From a virus, in the IMG/VR virus record IMGVR_UViG_3300044911_000835, positions 1-64,000 of that record: a stretch of 64,000 nt of DNA. One strand, given 5' to 3'. Under the pieces are notes generated by a model. It did not search any database and had not been told where the DNA came from. It was given only the letters and a program-made list of their open reading frames with translations. Position numbers and translations under genes: made by a program. Numbering within the stretch: position 1 is the first letter of the stretch; every line of letters begins with the position of its first letter. Shown here in pieces: positions 14,072-22,014 of the stretch.

Positions 14072-14647
14072 GTGTATAGAGAAATAAAAGAAGAAGAATT
14101 GAAGTTAGATAAACAGAGAGGTTATTTATACTTCATTGATAAAGATCACCCTCTTAAAACTGGAAATGCCTCCTACGTTTTTCTACATAGGCACATGGCC
14201 TCTATAAAAGCAGGCTACTGGCTATCTAGTAAGGAGCATGTTCACCATATAGATGAGAATAAATTAAATAATTCTCCAGAAAATCTACACATATGTTCTG
14301 CTTCTGAACACGGTAAGTTACATAGTGCGCATTTATGTATAGAAAAACTCTGTAAACAGTGTGGAATACTTTTTAAGCAAAAAGAGTCTACACAACTATT
14401 TTGTTCTACTGAGTGTAGTAGCAAGTATAGAGTTTTACTAGATGGATTAACTAAGGAAGAATTAGAACACTTATTATGGACTACTAATTATTCTGAACTA
14501 GGAAAACAATTTAAATGTAGTGATAATGGTATAAGAAAGTGGGCGAAAAGACTTAAATGTACAGTACCTCCTGCATACTTCCATAGTAAGGGCTACTCTG
14601 TAGAAAAGAAATTATCAATGTATTTAGAAATTAAAGAAAAAGGATAA
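14072..14647 (+). CDS. HNH homing endonuclease
   Basis: YVFLHR, HVHHIDENKLNNSPENL; CxxC...FCSxxC zinc finger; C-terminal HTH. Confidence 0.9.
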   Translation: MYREIKEEELKLDKQRGYLYFIDKDHPLKTGNASYVFLHRHMASIKAGYWLSSKEHVHHIDENKLNNSPENLHICSASEHGKLHSAHLCIEKLCKQCGILFKQKESTQLFCSTECSSKYRVLLDGLTKEELEHLLWTTNYSELGKQFKCSDNGIRKWAKRLKCTVPPAYFHSKGYSVEKKLSMYLEIKEKG

Positions 14648-14651
14648 ACGA

Positions 14652-14918
14652 ATGACTAAAGCTGTATATTGTTCACAAATGGTAGATTATGAAGGTATTG
14701 TAGAGGAAGATATTGGCTTTTTTGTAGAGGGTAATCGTTTCGAGTTTAAAGTAGACGTATATGAAGATATGATTACTTTCCGAGACTGTTTAGGCCGTTT
14801 CGTACCAGTTGACATTACTCAAATTGATCAAGTTATTGATGCTTTAGTTACTGCTAGGTCTTTGATGCTAGTGCCTATGGCTCCAGATACTTATGTTGAA
14901 TCTGATTTGGGTTGCTGA
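14652..14918 (+). CDS. hypothetical protein
   Basis: AAGGA RBS. Confidence 0.65.
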   Translation: MTKAVYCSQMVDYEGIVEEDIGFFVEGNRFEFKVDVYEDMITFRDCLGRFVPVDITQIDQVIDALVTARSLMLVPMAPDTYVESDLGC

Positions 14919-15114
14919 ACAGTTAGAATCTGAACCACCCCAAATACTTGAAGAATTTCAAGGATTTGAGGTAATAGTAGAGCTTAATGACCCATCCCAG
15001 TATTTTTCTAAGTACCAAATTTGGGCAGAGATAGAAAAGCTGCTAAAGCAAGCCCCTATTAAAGATAGATTAAATACAGTAGAGTACGTGAAAAACAAGT
15101 TGAAGAATTTTTAA
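14893..15114 (+). CDS. hypothetical protein
   Basis: ORF in operon. Confidence 0.55.
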   Translation: MLNLIWVAEQLESEPPQILEEFQGFEVIVELNDPSQYFSKYQIWAEIEKLLKQAPIKDRLNTVEYVKNKLKNF

Positions 15115-15115
15115 C

Positions 15116-15144
15116 TTGTTTTTTTAGTTTAAAGCCTCTATAAT
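15116..15144 (+). promoter_or_regulatory. sigma70-type promoter
   Basis: TTGTTT-17-TATAAT. Confidence 0.75.
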
Positions 15145-15174
15145 ATTATTTCTGAGTTTGAAAAAGGATTTGAA

Positions 15175-15369
15175 ATGACTTTTTGGAAAGTTCCTGGTCA
15201 ACTATTAATTAATGTATTATGTGAGATAATTCAAGCAAAGTTACTAGGCTTTGAAAAGCTCGCAATTGAATTTAGGCCTGAATTAGAGAACCAGTTGTTT
15301 TCTAGGGGATTTAAAGTTTCTACTATTAAACTTCCTAATAATTATTACACTGTGGTGGATCTAAAATGA
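15175..15369 (+). CDS. hypothetical protein
   Basis: behind promoter and RBS. Confidence 0.6.
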   Translation: MTFWKVPGQLLINVLCEIIQAKLLGFEKLAIEFRPELENQLFSRGFKVSTIKLPNNYYTVVDLK

Positions 15370-15575
15370 AAGTAGGTACTTGGGTTCAGTTTGAGAATGA
15401 AAATAAACCTATAGGTTATATCATTGGTAAAAAAGAGCATAAGTATCAGCTTAGACCAACATCTAAAGAATTGATTAGAACTAACCTACATGAACTAGAG
15501 TTTGATGTAGATGGTTATGCTACTGAGTATGAACGCAAGAATAAGATCAATCGTATCATAGAATTTCAAGCTTGA
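15366..15575 (+). CDS. hypothetical protein
   Basis: coupled ORF. Confidence 0.6.
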   Translation: MKVGTWVQFENENKPIGYIIGKKEHKYQLRPTSKELIRTNLHELEFDVDGYATEYERKNKINRIIEFQA

Positions 15576-15600
15576 TACGCAGTTCAATATTCTGTATAAT
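15572..15600 (+). promoter_or_regulatory. sigma70-type promoter driving a 1-kb non-coding region
   Basis: TTGATA-17-TATAAT. Confidence 0.8.
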
Positions 15601-15618
15601 ATTGTTTATGAAATCGAG

Positions 15619-15788
15619 AAAGGTTTCATAAAGCACACTAGAAGGGTACTTAACCTACTAATCGACGGATTAGTAGCCTATGTGAGAGAACCCTTTAATA
15701 GGGTTAGGGTCACTATCAAACCGGCCGGCATGATACAAATAGGTGGTTAAACAGGTTCGATTCCTGTAGTGTGCTTTATGAGACTTTT
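15619..15788 (+). ncRNA. tRNA-like RNA with T arm and large internal domain
   Basis: about 20-bp terminal stem including GCACACT/AGTGTGC; T arm ACAGG TTCGATT CCTGT; TTAACC/GGTTAA helix. Confidence 0.65.
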
Positions 15789-15789
15789 G

Positions 15790-16425
15790 CGTACTGCTCT
15801 ATGATGCGGAGTACCAGTTGTCACAATAGACCGGAGGTTTAGCGTGCTCAAGGTAATATCCCAACATACATTAGTATTACTAATGATTACGTGAAAGTTT
15901 TATATAACGTCCAGGCTAGGACGCTAAACCAAGCGGACTGTTTATAGAGGTCGTCCGTAAACTACTATACATCATTTTATCCTGATGTTAAACGGATAGG
16001 GTACATAGGCGTTGGAAGCGAAATGTACCTAATAAGGTAAGGAAAGTAAACGGAGGATGGGAGCTAGTGAAACGTACTGGAACCTTATAGCAGATACCCC
16101 ACCGGCCTTAGAAATTGATAGTGAACTTAAGATAGCTATCGCCCTTTGTCAGAGTAGGTTAAAAACTGAAATCTTACTTAAATGAGGGCCAGTAAGTGAT
16201 AGTTATTTTGCCCATAACTGGAACCTGGCTTAGGTAGAATGTCGCAAATTCTACACTGTAGGAAGTTCGTAATGAAAGTTGTTAGTACCAAGAACTATAA
16301 ATATCGTTGAACTATCAGTCTTATAGTACTAGTAGACTTAAAACAACTAGGAAATTGGCTTCCCGAGTATGATAGTAAACTGCTCCGACCTTACTAGAAG
16401 TCGTTAAACTAGTACCCAGTATTCT
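15790..16425 (+). ncRNA. large orphan structured RNA candidate (about 630 nt)
   Basis: no ORF; dense stems e.g. GGTTTAGCGT/ACGCTAAACC, GGTACAT/ATGTACC, ATAAGGT/ACCTTAT, GTAGAAT/ATTCTAC, AGTTGTT/AACAACT. Confidence 0.65.
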
Positions 16426-16426
16426 A

Positions 16427-16508
16427 GAGTGCTGTGGTTAGGGCAGTTAGGTAACTAACAGGTTAAGACTCCGGTGTGCCCGGACGAGCTGCTCTAACCA
16501 CAACGCTC
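16427..16508 (+). ncRNA. orphan stem-closed RNA
   Basis: GAGTGCTGTGGTTAGGGCAGT/GCTGCTCTAACCACAACGCTC with two inner hairpins. Confidence 0.55.
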
Positions 16509-16609
16509 CCGTATATCAATTGGTATTGATGCTTTCTGATTCCACTATATGGATAATGTCTTTGACAAGTTAGTATCAATTCCACAACATTCTAATAAAA
16601 GGATTTAAT

Positions 16610-16807
16610 ATGCGTAAAAAACTATTAAGGTCTTGTGGATGTAGAACTTGTATGCGGGGCAGGCGTACCGCATATGGCCATGTAAGGTTACATCAAGCGG
16701 AAAAGCAGCTAAGACAACAATCTAGAATTAATATTGATAAAGCTATAAAAGGTAATGACCTAGATTTAATTGACATTATCGAAGTTTCTACGGATTACAC
16801 AGACTAA
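16610..16807 (+). CDS. small basic protein with CxCxxC
   Basis: AAGGA RBS. Confidence 0.65.
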   Translation: MRKKLLRSCGCRTCMRGRRTAYGHVRLHQAEKQLRQQSRINIDKAIKGNDLDLIDIIEVSTDYTD

Positions 16808-17415
16808 TGCAAATTATTTCACCTTTTAAAGATTACTATGATGTAGGTATGCAATATGGTTTCGACCCCAAATTGCAATGGATTAGGCGTACTTCTGACA
16901 TTGAGGAGTCTAGTCGCTGGCATCATTCTGAATCAATTATTCTACATTTTTGTGGTAAGACTTATAGAGGTATAGTTGTAAAGTCCGCTTCCTACTACAT
17001 TAATAGTATGGAAGTAATTTGGGATAATGAACACTACGATAAATATTGTACAGAAAATAAGGTAAAACCCTTAGAGATTAGTTGGCTAGATAAGTTTTGG
17101 ATAACTACTAAAGTTAGACCTAAATCCAAGATCATACAGTTAGGACTAATTGGTGAGTCTGACATTTTAAATGATAAATATAGTTCTCCGGTAATTTTAC
17201 AAACTAATAAAGGACTAGAGATTAATCCTTCCTTGAAGTTTATTCAGTTTTATAAAGTCTATGACCCAGTAACTACATATCAAAAAATTAGTGAATACTT
17301 TGGTAACAAGTTTTTTAATGAACCTAAAATGGTTCCAATTTCAGATAAAGATAGGATTAAACAACATGGATTTACTAAAGAAAGTTTCCGTATGGCTAAG
17401 TCCAGCAATAAATAG
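16807..17415 (+). CDS. hypothetical phage protein
   Basis: MQIISPFKDYYD start and HGF..ESFR end. Confidence 0.75.
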   Translation: MQIISPFKDYYDVGMQYGFDPKLQWIRRTSDIEESSRWHHSESIILHFCGKTYRGIVVKSASYYINSMEVIWDNEHYDKYCTENKVKPLEISWLDKFWITTKVRPKSKIIQLGLIGESDILNDKYSSPVILQTNKGLEINPSLKFIQFYKVYDPVTTYQKISEYFGNKFFNEPKMVPISDKDRIKQHGFTKESFRMAKSSNK

Positions 17416-17464
17416 CTTTCTAATTATGTACTGGTTTAGCCTAGAGTGGCTTAAAGATAAATTT

Positions 17465-17539
17465 GCTTCGTTAACTCAGCGGTAGAGTAACTCCTTTACA
17501 CGGAGAAGGTCGGCGGTTCAATCCCGTCACGAAGTACCA
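17465..17539 (+). tRNA. tRNA-Val(UAC)
   Basis: TT TAC AC loop, ACCA. Confidence 0.93.
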
Positions 17540-17556
17540 ACTAATTAAGGATTTGA

Positions 17557-17808
17557 ATGGAATTTGATATTGAGATTAAGAAAACTACCTATGATAGGGT
17601 TCGCTTAAATGACGAAGATATTAAGAAGGTAGTTTTACACTATATTAGTCGTAAGTATAATATCCGTAAAGATGATTGGGTTGCAGAAGGTGACCTTACA
17701 CGTGAGGTTGAATACCATGGATCTCACAGTTGGTTTGAGCAAGAAGTTATTAGAAAAGTAACTGATTTCGATGTTGCATTACTAACACTTCTTAGAGAAT
17801 TAAAATAA
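17557..17808 (+). CDS. hypothetical protein
   Basis: AAGGA RBS. Confidence 0.7.
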   Translation: MEFDIEIKKTTYDRVRLNDEDIKKVVLHYISRKYNIRKDDWVAEGDLTREVEYHGSHSWFEQEVIRKVTDFDVALLTLLRELK

Positions 17809-17812
17809 TATT

Positions 17813-17886
17813 GGCTCTATCGTATATAGGTATTACCTCGGATTGTCTATCCGAAGAACACAGTTCGAATCTGTGTAGAGTCGCCA
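17813..17886 (+). tRNA. tRNA-Asp(GUC)
   Basis: TCGGA-TT GTC TA-TCCGA, GCCA. Confidence 0.9.
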
Positions 17887-17894
17887 GGTTAAAT

Positions 17895-17970
17895 AGTAAC
17901 GAATGCAATTAGGTGAGCAGCTTGATTCATAATCAAGTGCTATTCGGTTCGAGGCCGAGCGTTACTACCA
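17895..17970 (+). tRNA. tRNA-Met(CAU), probably elongator
   Basis: CTTGA-TT CAT AA-TCAAG, ACCA. Confidence 0.78.
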
Positions 17971-17973
17971 AAT

Positions 17974-18035
17974 TAACTACTAGAGTTAAGCGCGTTAACT
18001 TAATAAGCAGCGGTCGGTAAGCTTTCTAGTAGTTA
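17974..18035 (+). ncRNA. small stem-closed RNA
   Basis: TAACTACTAGAG/TTCTAGTAGTTA. Confidence 0.4.
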
Positions 18036-18129
18036 CCACAAGTAGGCTTCACTTCCTTATCTGCTTCCAGCTGATTAGCTCGTACCTGGAAGTACGGGCG
18101 GGATAAGAGTAAGGAAGCCTACTTGTGGT
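18035..18129 (+). ncRNA. long irregular hairpin overlapping the tRNA-His 5' end
   Basis: 16-bp ACCACAAGTAGGCTTC/GAAGCCTACTTGTGGT; inner CTTATC/GATAAG and CTTCCAG/CTGGAAG. Confidence 0.55.
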
Positions 18130-18200
18130 CGTAACTTAACAGGCAAAGGCTCTGGCTGTGAACTAGAGAGATGCGGATTCGACTTCCGTCGATCACCCCA
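18124..18200 (+). tRNA. tRNA-His(GUG)
   Basis: GTGGTCG/CGATCAC, C73, CCA; -1 base is U. Confidence 0.87.
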
Positions 18201-18257
18201 ATAATTTTCGGTCAGCGCCGAACCAACCAAACTGTCAAGATTAAATAAAGTCACGCA

Positions 18258-18334
18258 CGGCCGTTAGTTTAACTGGAAAGAACCTATGCATACGAAGCAT
18301 AGAAATGTACGTTCGAATCGTACACGGTCGGCCA
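18258..18334 (+). tRNA. tRNA-Arg(ACG)
   Basis: TATGC-AT ACG AA-GCATA, GCCA. Confidence 0.87.
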
Positions 18335-18338
18335 ATTA

Positions 18339-18405
18339 AGGCGAAAAGAGTCATTCTCCTGTTCCTTCCTCGGAACTAGCCTAAGTTTTAGCCCTTGAGG
18401 AGGGG
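18339..18405 (+). promoter_or_regulatory. HNH leader RNA motif, copy 2
   Basis: AGGC-GAAAA-GAG/CTC-CT-GTTCC/GGAAC-TA-GCCT; loop TTCCTC pairs with RBS GAGGAG. Confidence 0.65.
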
Positions 18406-18411
18406 TGTATT

Positions 18412-19095
18412 ATGAATGAAGAAATAATAGAAGAAATATATAATAAATTAGTTGAACGATTTGGTATTGGTGACGTGTTTTTACCTAAGTATGGAAAAAG
18501 AAAATCAGACTTAACCTGGAAACAGTTCATTAAAGCTGCTTTAGAACTAAAGTTAGAGGAACTCACTATTTATTGTGGATTTACGTTTAGTAAAGGCCTA
18601 AGTAGAGCTTTAAAAGAAAAATATCCTGGTATTATACAAGATAAAAATGGAGAATACTGGTTTCTATACCTATCTAAGTTTCTTAGTAAGAAAAGATGCT
18701 CACAATGTCTAGAAGTATTAGAATATAAAGAATTTAACTATAATTCATCAACAAAAGATGGATTTAGTTCTACTTGTAGACATTGCGACAAAGAATACAG
18801 AGACCTAAATAAAGAGCATATATTAGCACATAGTAAACAATATTACAGTAAGCATAAAAAAGAAATTAGTGCTAATAAAGCTAAACGTAGGGCTACAAAA
18901 CTACAAGCAACCCCAAATTGGGCAAACCTGATAGCCATAAAAGAAATTTATCGAACTTGCCCTGAAGGTTATCATGTAGATCACATAGTTCCCTTACAAA
19001 ACGACTTAGTATGTGGGCTTCATTGTGAATTTAATCTTCAACATCTATCTGCTAGCGAAAATTTAAGTAAAGGAAATAGATTTGAAGTAGATTAA
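18412..19095 (+). CDS. HNH homing endonuclease
   Basis: CSQC...CRHC zinc finger; ATPNW; YHVDHIVPL...VCGLH...NLQ..ENLSKGN. Confidence 0.9.
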   Translation: MNEEIIEEIYNKLVERFGIGDVFLPKYGKRKSDLTWKQFIKAALELKLEELTIYCGFTFSKGLSRALKEKYPGIIQDKNGEYWFLYLSKFLSKKRCSQCLEVLEYKEFNYNSSTKDGFSSTCRHCDKEYRDLNKEHILAHSKQYYSKHKKEISANKAKRRATKLQATPNWANLIAIKEIYRTCPEGYHVDHIVPLQNDLVCGLHCEFNLQHLSASENLSKGNRFEVD

Positions 19096-19129
19096 GACCA
19101 AATTAAAGCAAGATTGAATAAATTCAATC

Positions 19130-19158
19130 TTGCTTTTTTGCGCTATGGCGGGTATAAT
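19130..19158 (+). promoter_or_regulatory. sigma70-type promoter
   Basis: TTGCTT-17-TATAAT ATTATTTCT. Confidence 0.75.
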
Positions 19159-19186
19159 ATTATTTCTGACTTGGAAAGGAATAAAA

Positions 19187-19372
19187 ATGAAACAAATTAA
19201 GGTAGATATTATTGAGAGCGAACGTGGTTGGGGCTCCAAGATTGAGGATACAAAAGTGTTCACTACGTTAGCTGAGGCCGAGAAATTCGTTAAGGAATTT
19301 AACGCGGATAATAATTTAGATTACGTACCAGATTGGTATATGTATGCTACTGAACCTTATATCGGCAATTGA
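19187..19372 (+). CDS. hypothetical phage protein
   Basis: start moved behind promoter; IESERGWG...FN...VPDWY. Confidence 0.75.
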   Translation: MKQIKVDIIESERGWGSKIEDTKVFTTLAEAEKFVKEFNADNNLDYVPDWYMYATEPYIGN

Positions 19373-19391
19373 ATATGTAATAGATACAGGT

Positions 19392-19478
19392 ATGTATTGG
19401 AGAGTACCTATGTTTTTATACGGTACATTTCTAATAGGTTATGGAACTTTCTACCTGTATAAACTAATAAGGATGTAA
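19392..19478 (+). CDS. possible 28-aa membrane peptide
   Basis: MYWRVPMFLYGTFLIGYGTFYLYKLIRM*; fills the gap. Confidence 0.35.
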   Translation: MYWRVPMFLYGTFLIGYGTFYLYKLIRM

Positions 19479-19480
19479 AT

Positions 19481-20071
19481 ATGGCAAGAGTTAACATGGC
19501 AAATAGTAAGAGCGTCTTCTTTACATCAGACACACACTTTGGCCACAAGAATATTATCAAATACTGTGATCGTCCATTTTCTTCTACAGAAGAAATGCAA
19601 GAAGCTATTGTAGCTAAGTGGAATGAAACAGTAAAGGATACCGATACGGTTTTCCATCTAGGAGACTTTAGTTTTCTAGACAAAGAAAAGACGCGTTGGA
19701 TTCTATCACGTCTTAATGGCAATATTGTCCTAGTTCGTGGAAATCACGATGCTAGCAAGCATGTAGAGCTATTCGGTGATGTATACGATATGGTTGAACT
19801 TCATGTGGAAGACAATGGTACGCAGCAAATCATTATACTATGTCACTACCCACTAGCAGTATGGGCTAGTTCTCACTATGGAACGTGGCACTTGCATGGT
19901 CATAGTCATGGTACTTATAAAGTTAAAACTGGTAAGATTGTTGATGCTGGCTGGGACGTTTGGGGTAAGCCCGTTTCATATCAGGAAGTTAAAGACTACA
20001 TGGCTAAGCGTTCTCTAAGTTCAGTAGATCATCATAGTATCTCTGAATATAGGAATAATGCTGGTAGCTAG
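19481..20071 (+). CDS. calcineurin-like metallophosphoesterase
   Basis: TSDTHFGH, HLGDF, GNHD, CHYP, HGHSH. Confidence 0.92.
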   Translation: MARVNMANSKSVFFTSDTHFGHKNIIKYCDRPFSSTEEMQEAIVAKWNETVKDTDTVFHLGDFSFLDKEKTRWILSRLNGNIVLVRGNHDASKHVELFGDVYDMVELHVEDNGTQQIIILCHYPLAVWASSHYGTWHLHGHSHGTYKVKTGKIVDAGWDVWGKPVSYQEVKDYMAKRSLSSVDHHSISEYRNNAGS

Positions 20072-20438
20072 TATGGTCGCCTGTCTAGCTCTAAATATTT
20101 ATCATGAAGCTAGAGGCGAAAATATTAAAGGAATGCAAGCAGTCGCTCTCGTTACTAGAAACAGAATGGCAGTTACTGGAGATAATGCATGTGAGGTAGT
20201 ACACAGTCCTAAGCAGTTTTCCTGGACGATATATAAGCCAAAGGCAACCGACCCCAAATCGTATAAATTGGCTGAAAAGATTGCAATTGATGTTCTAACC
20301 GGCAAAGTATCAGACTTTACAGGTGGAGCTACTTTCTATCATCATATAGATGTTAGGCCACACTGGGCCAAAAAGTTTATTTATAGAAAAACTATAGGTA
20401 AACATAGATTTTATTTTACACTAGAGAGACCTTTATGA
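20058..20438 (+). CDS. SleB-like cell wall hydrolase (Hydrolase_2)
   Basis: CLALNIYHEARGE, QFSW, GATFYH, IGKHRFY. Confidence 0.92.
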   Translation: MLVASMVACLALNIYHEARGENIKGMQAVALVTRNRMAVTGDNACEVVHSPKQFSWTIYKPKATDPKSYKLAEKIAIDVLTGKVSDFTGGATFYHHIDVRPHWAKKFIYRKTIGKHRFYFTLERPL

Positions 20439-20623
20439 TGCGTGGTGATGGCTGGGATAGATATATGGAAGAAGAACTGAGAAGATCTTGTATTGAACAA
20501 GCTTCTAGAAGAAATAAGCTACTTAGTGCGCTAAATCTACTAAAAATAAAGTATAAGTTACCGGATGCGTTTATAGTAGAATTACTTGCTAAATTTAATT
20601 TAACACTAAAGGATATTTCATGA
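20435..20623 (+). CDS. hypothetical protein
   Basis: coupled ORF. Confidence 0.55.
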   Translation: MMRGDGWDRYMEEELRRSCIEQASRRNKLLSALNLLKIKYKLPDAFIVELLAKFNLTLKDIS

Positions 20624-20814
20624 AAATAGCAGTTAGATTTAAAGATGGTTCAAAAAATTTACTAGATGACCACGTTGATGATGATAATTCAACTAATATG
20701 ACAGATATGGCATATAGAAAAGAATTTGCAGAATACGTTGAAAATATGTTACGCAAACCAGTAGCATCTATGCTATTTGAGGTCGTAACCGTAGCAGAAC
20801 CAGTTCTAGCGTAA
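20620..20814 (+). CDS. hypothetical protein
   Basis: coupled ORF. Confidence 0.6.
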   Translation: MKIAVRFKDGSKNLLDDHVDDDNSTNMTDMAYRKEFAEYVENMLRKPVASMLFEVVTVAEPVLA

Positions 20815-20824
20815 AATAATAGAC

Positions 20825-20853
20825 TTGAATGTCTTCACTATATGCCGTATAAT
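20825..20853 (+). promoter_or_regulatory. sigma70-type promoter for the replication block
   Basis: TTGAAT-17-TATAAT. Confidence 0.75.
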
Positions 20854-20881
20854 ATTATCTTACGGTTGAGAAAGGAAACAA

Positions 20882-21154
20882 ATGACATGGGTTGAGTGGT
20901 ATATAATTTTGTGCTTGTCTGGAGGTACTACTTCTGCTATAATATCATTTCTTCCAGCTTTAAGAGAATTGAAAAAGATAGAAAAAGAAAAGAATATAAC
21001 CCATACTTTTGTTGAAAGACCAATAACATCTTTTATTGTGTGGGCAGTTATGCATTCAGTAACCTTTCCTATTCTAGGAATATTTACTCTTTTCTCTGAA
21101 AAGAAGAATATCTCAGTAATTGAATCAGTCACTAAAAGGAAGTATAATGCTTGA
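20882..21154 (+). CDS. two-TM membrane protein
   Basis: hydrophobic segments; cassette RBS. Confidence 0.7.
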   Translation: MTWVEWYIILCLSGGTTSAIISFLPALRELKKIEKEKNITHTFVERPITSFIVWAVMHSVTFPILGIFTLFSEKKNISVIESVTKRKYNA

Positions 21155-21386
21155 GTTTTTCTATACAAAGGCAGATGGTTCTGTATCTGAACGAGTAGCT
21201 CTGGTACTGAATAAACCTAGTGATAGTTACCTTATGCTAGACTTATCTGATCTTGATAGTGATGAAATTGACTATTTAGAACAGCGGGTGGCTCAGTATC
21301 AATCTGAGCGAAAAGAATTGCTGGATAAGTATAAGTTTGGGCCTTATATGAAAACATTTAAGGAATCCGGTATATGTACCAAATAG
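21147..21386 (+). CDS. hypothetical protein
   Basis: F.YTKADGSVSER motif; start moved to ATG 21147. Confidence 0.7.
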   Translation: MLEFFYTKADGSVSERVALVLNKPSDSYLMLDLSDLDSDEIDYLEQRVAQYQSERKELLDKYKFGPYMKTFKESGICTK

Positions 21387-21616
21387 TAGGTAGAGAAAAT
21401 CTGGAAGCAGTAAATACTGTAGCAGATCGTGCAATGCAAATTATGCGAGATGAATCTGCTATAGCAGCACTAGAAGAAGACAAAGCAGTAGGTGTAAGAG
21501 CTGACCATTTAATGTCCTTGGCGACAGGTTATTTATTCTTATATCAAGCTGTACTAGACCACGGACTTTTGCCTAGTCAGAAGTCTGCTAAACATCAAAT
21601 TTTTAAAGTTCATTAA
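21374..21616 (+). CDS. hypothetical protein
   Basis: ORF in operon. Confidence 0.65.
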   Translation: MYQIVGRENLEAVNTVADRAMQIMRDESAIAALEEDKAVGVRADHLMSLATGYLFLYQAVLDHGLLPSQKSAKHQIFKVH

Positions 21617-21628
21617 GGAGTAACAAAT

Positions 21629-22012
21629 ATGGCATGGGATGACGACAAGAAAGCTAAAGTAATTAAGGCATATACTGATGCAAAGCCTACAGGTGCAAAC
21701 TCTATTGAGATTGTTAAGCAATTAGCAGAAGATTTTGGTGAAACACCAAATGGTGTTCGTATGATTCTTAGCAAAGCAGAAGTCTATGTTAAGAAAGAAG
21801 AAGTTGCAGGTACTAAGAAAGCTACAGCAACTAAAGAAGGTGCTACAGCTCGCGTATCAAAAGCTGATTCTCTATCTGCCCTAATCAAGGCAGTTGAAGA
21901 AGTTGGCTATACTGTTGATAACGATATTATCGACAAACTAACTGGTAAGCAGGCAATCTACTTTACCAATGTAATCAAAGCTGCTCTAACCACTACTGAA
22001 GACGGAGAGTAA
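21629..22012 (+). CDS. T5 D3-like DNA-binding protein
   Basis: NSIEIV..LAE..GETPNGVRMILSKA.VYVKK; T5 synteny. Confidence 0.7.
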   Translation: MAWDDDKKAKVIKAYTDAKPTGANSIEIVKQLAEDFGETPNGVRMILSKAEVYVKKEEVAGTKKATATKEGATARVSKADSLSALIKAVEEVGYTVDNDIIDKLTGKQAIYFTNVIKAALTTTEDGE

Positions 22013-22014
22013 TA

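Noticed and set aside
16433-16500. GTGGTTAGGGC resembles the start of a pistol ribozyme
   Set aside because: No CCAC to close P1, no UAAAU or pseudoknot partner; the segment pairs in a long stem instead.
18035-18129. SRP or 6S RNA identity for the long hairpin
   Set aside because: No SRP helix 8 motif; too short and lacking the central bubble of 6S.
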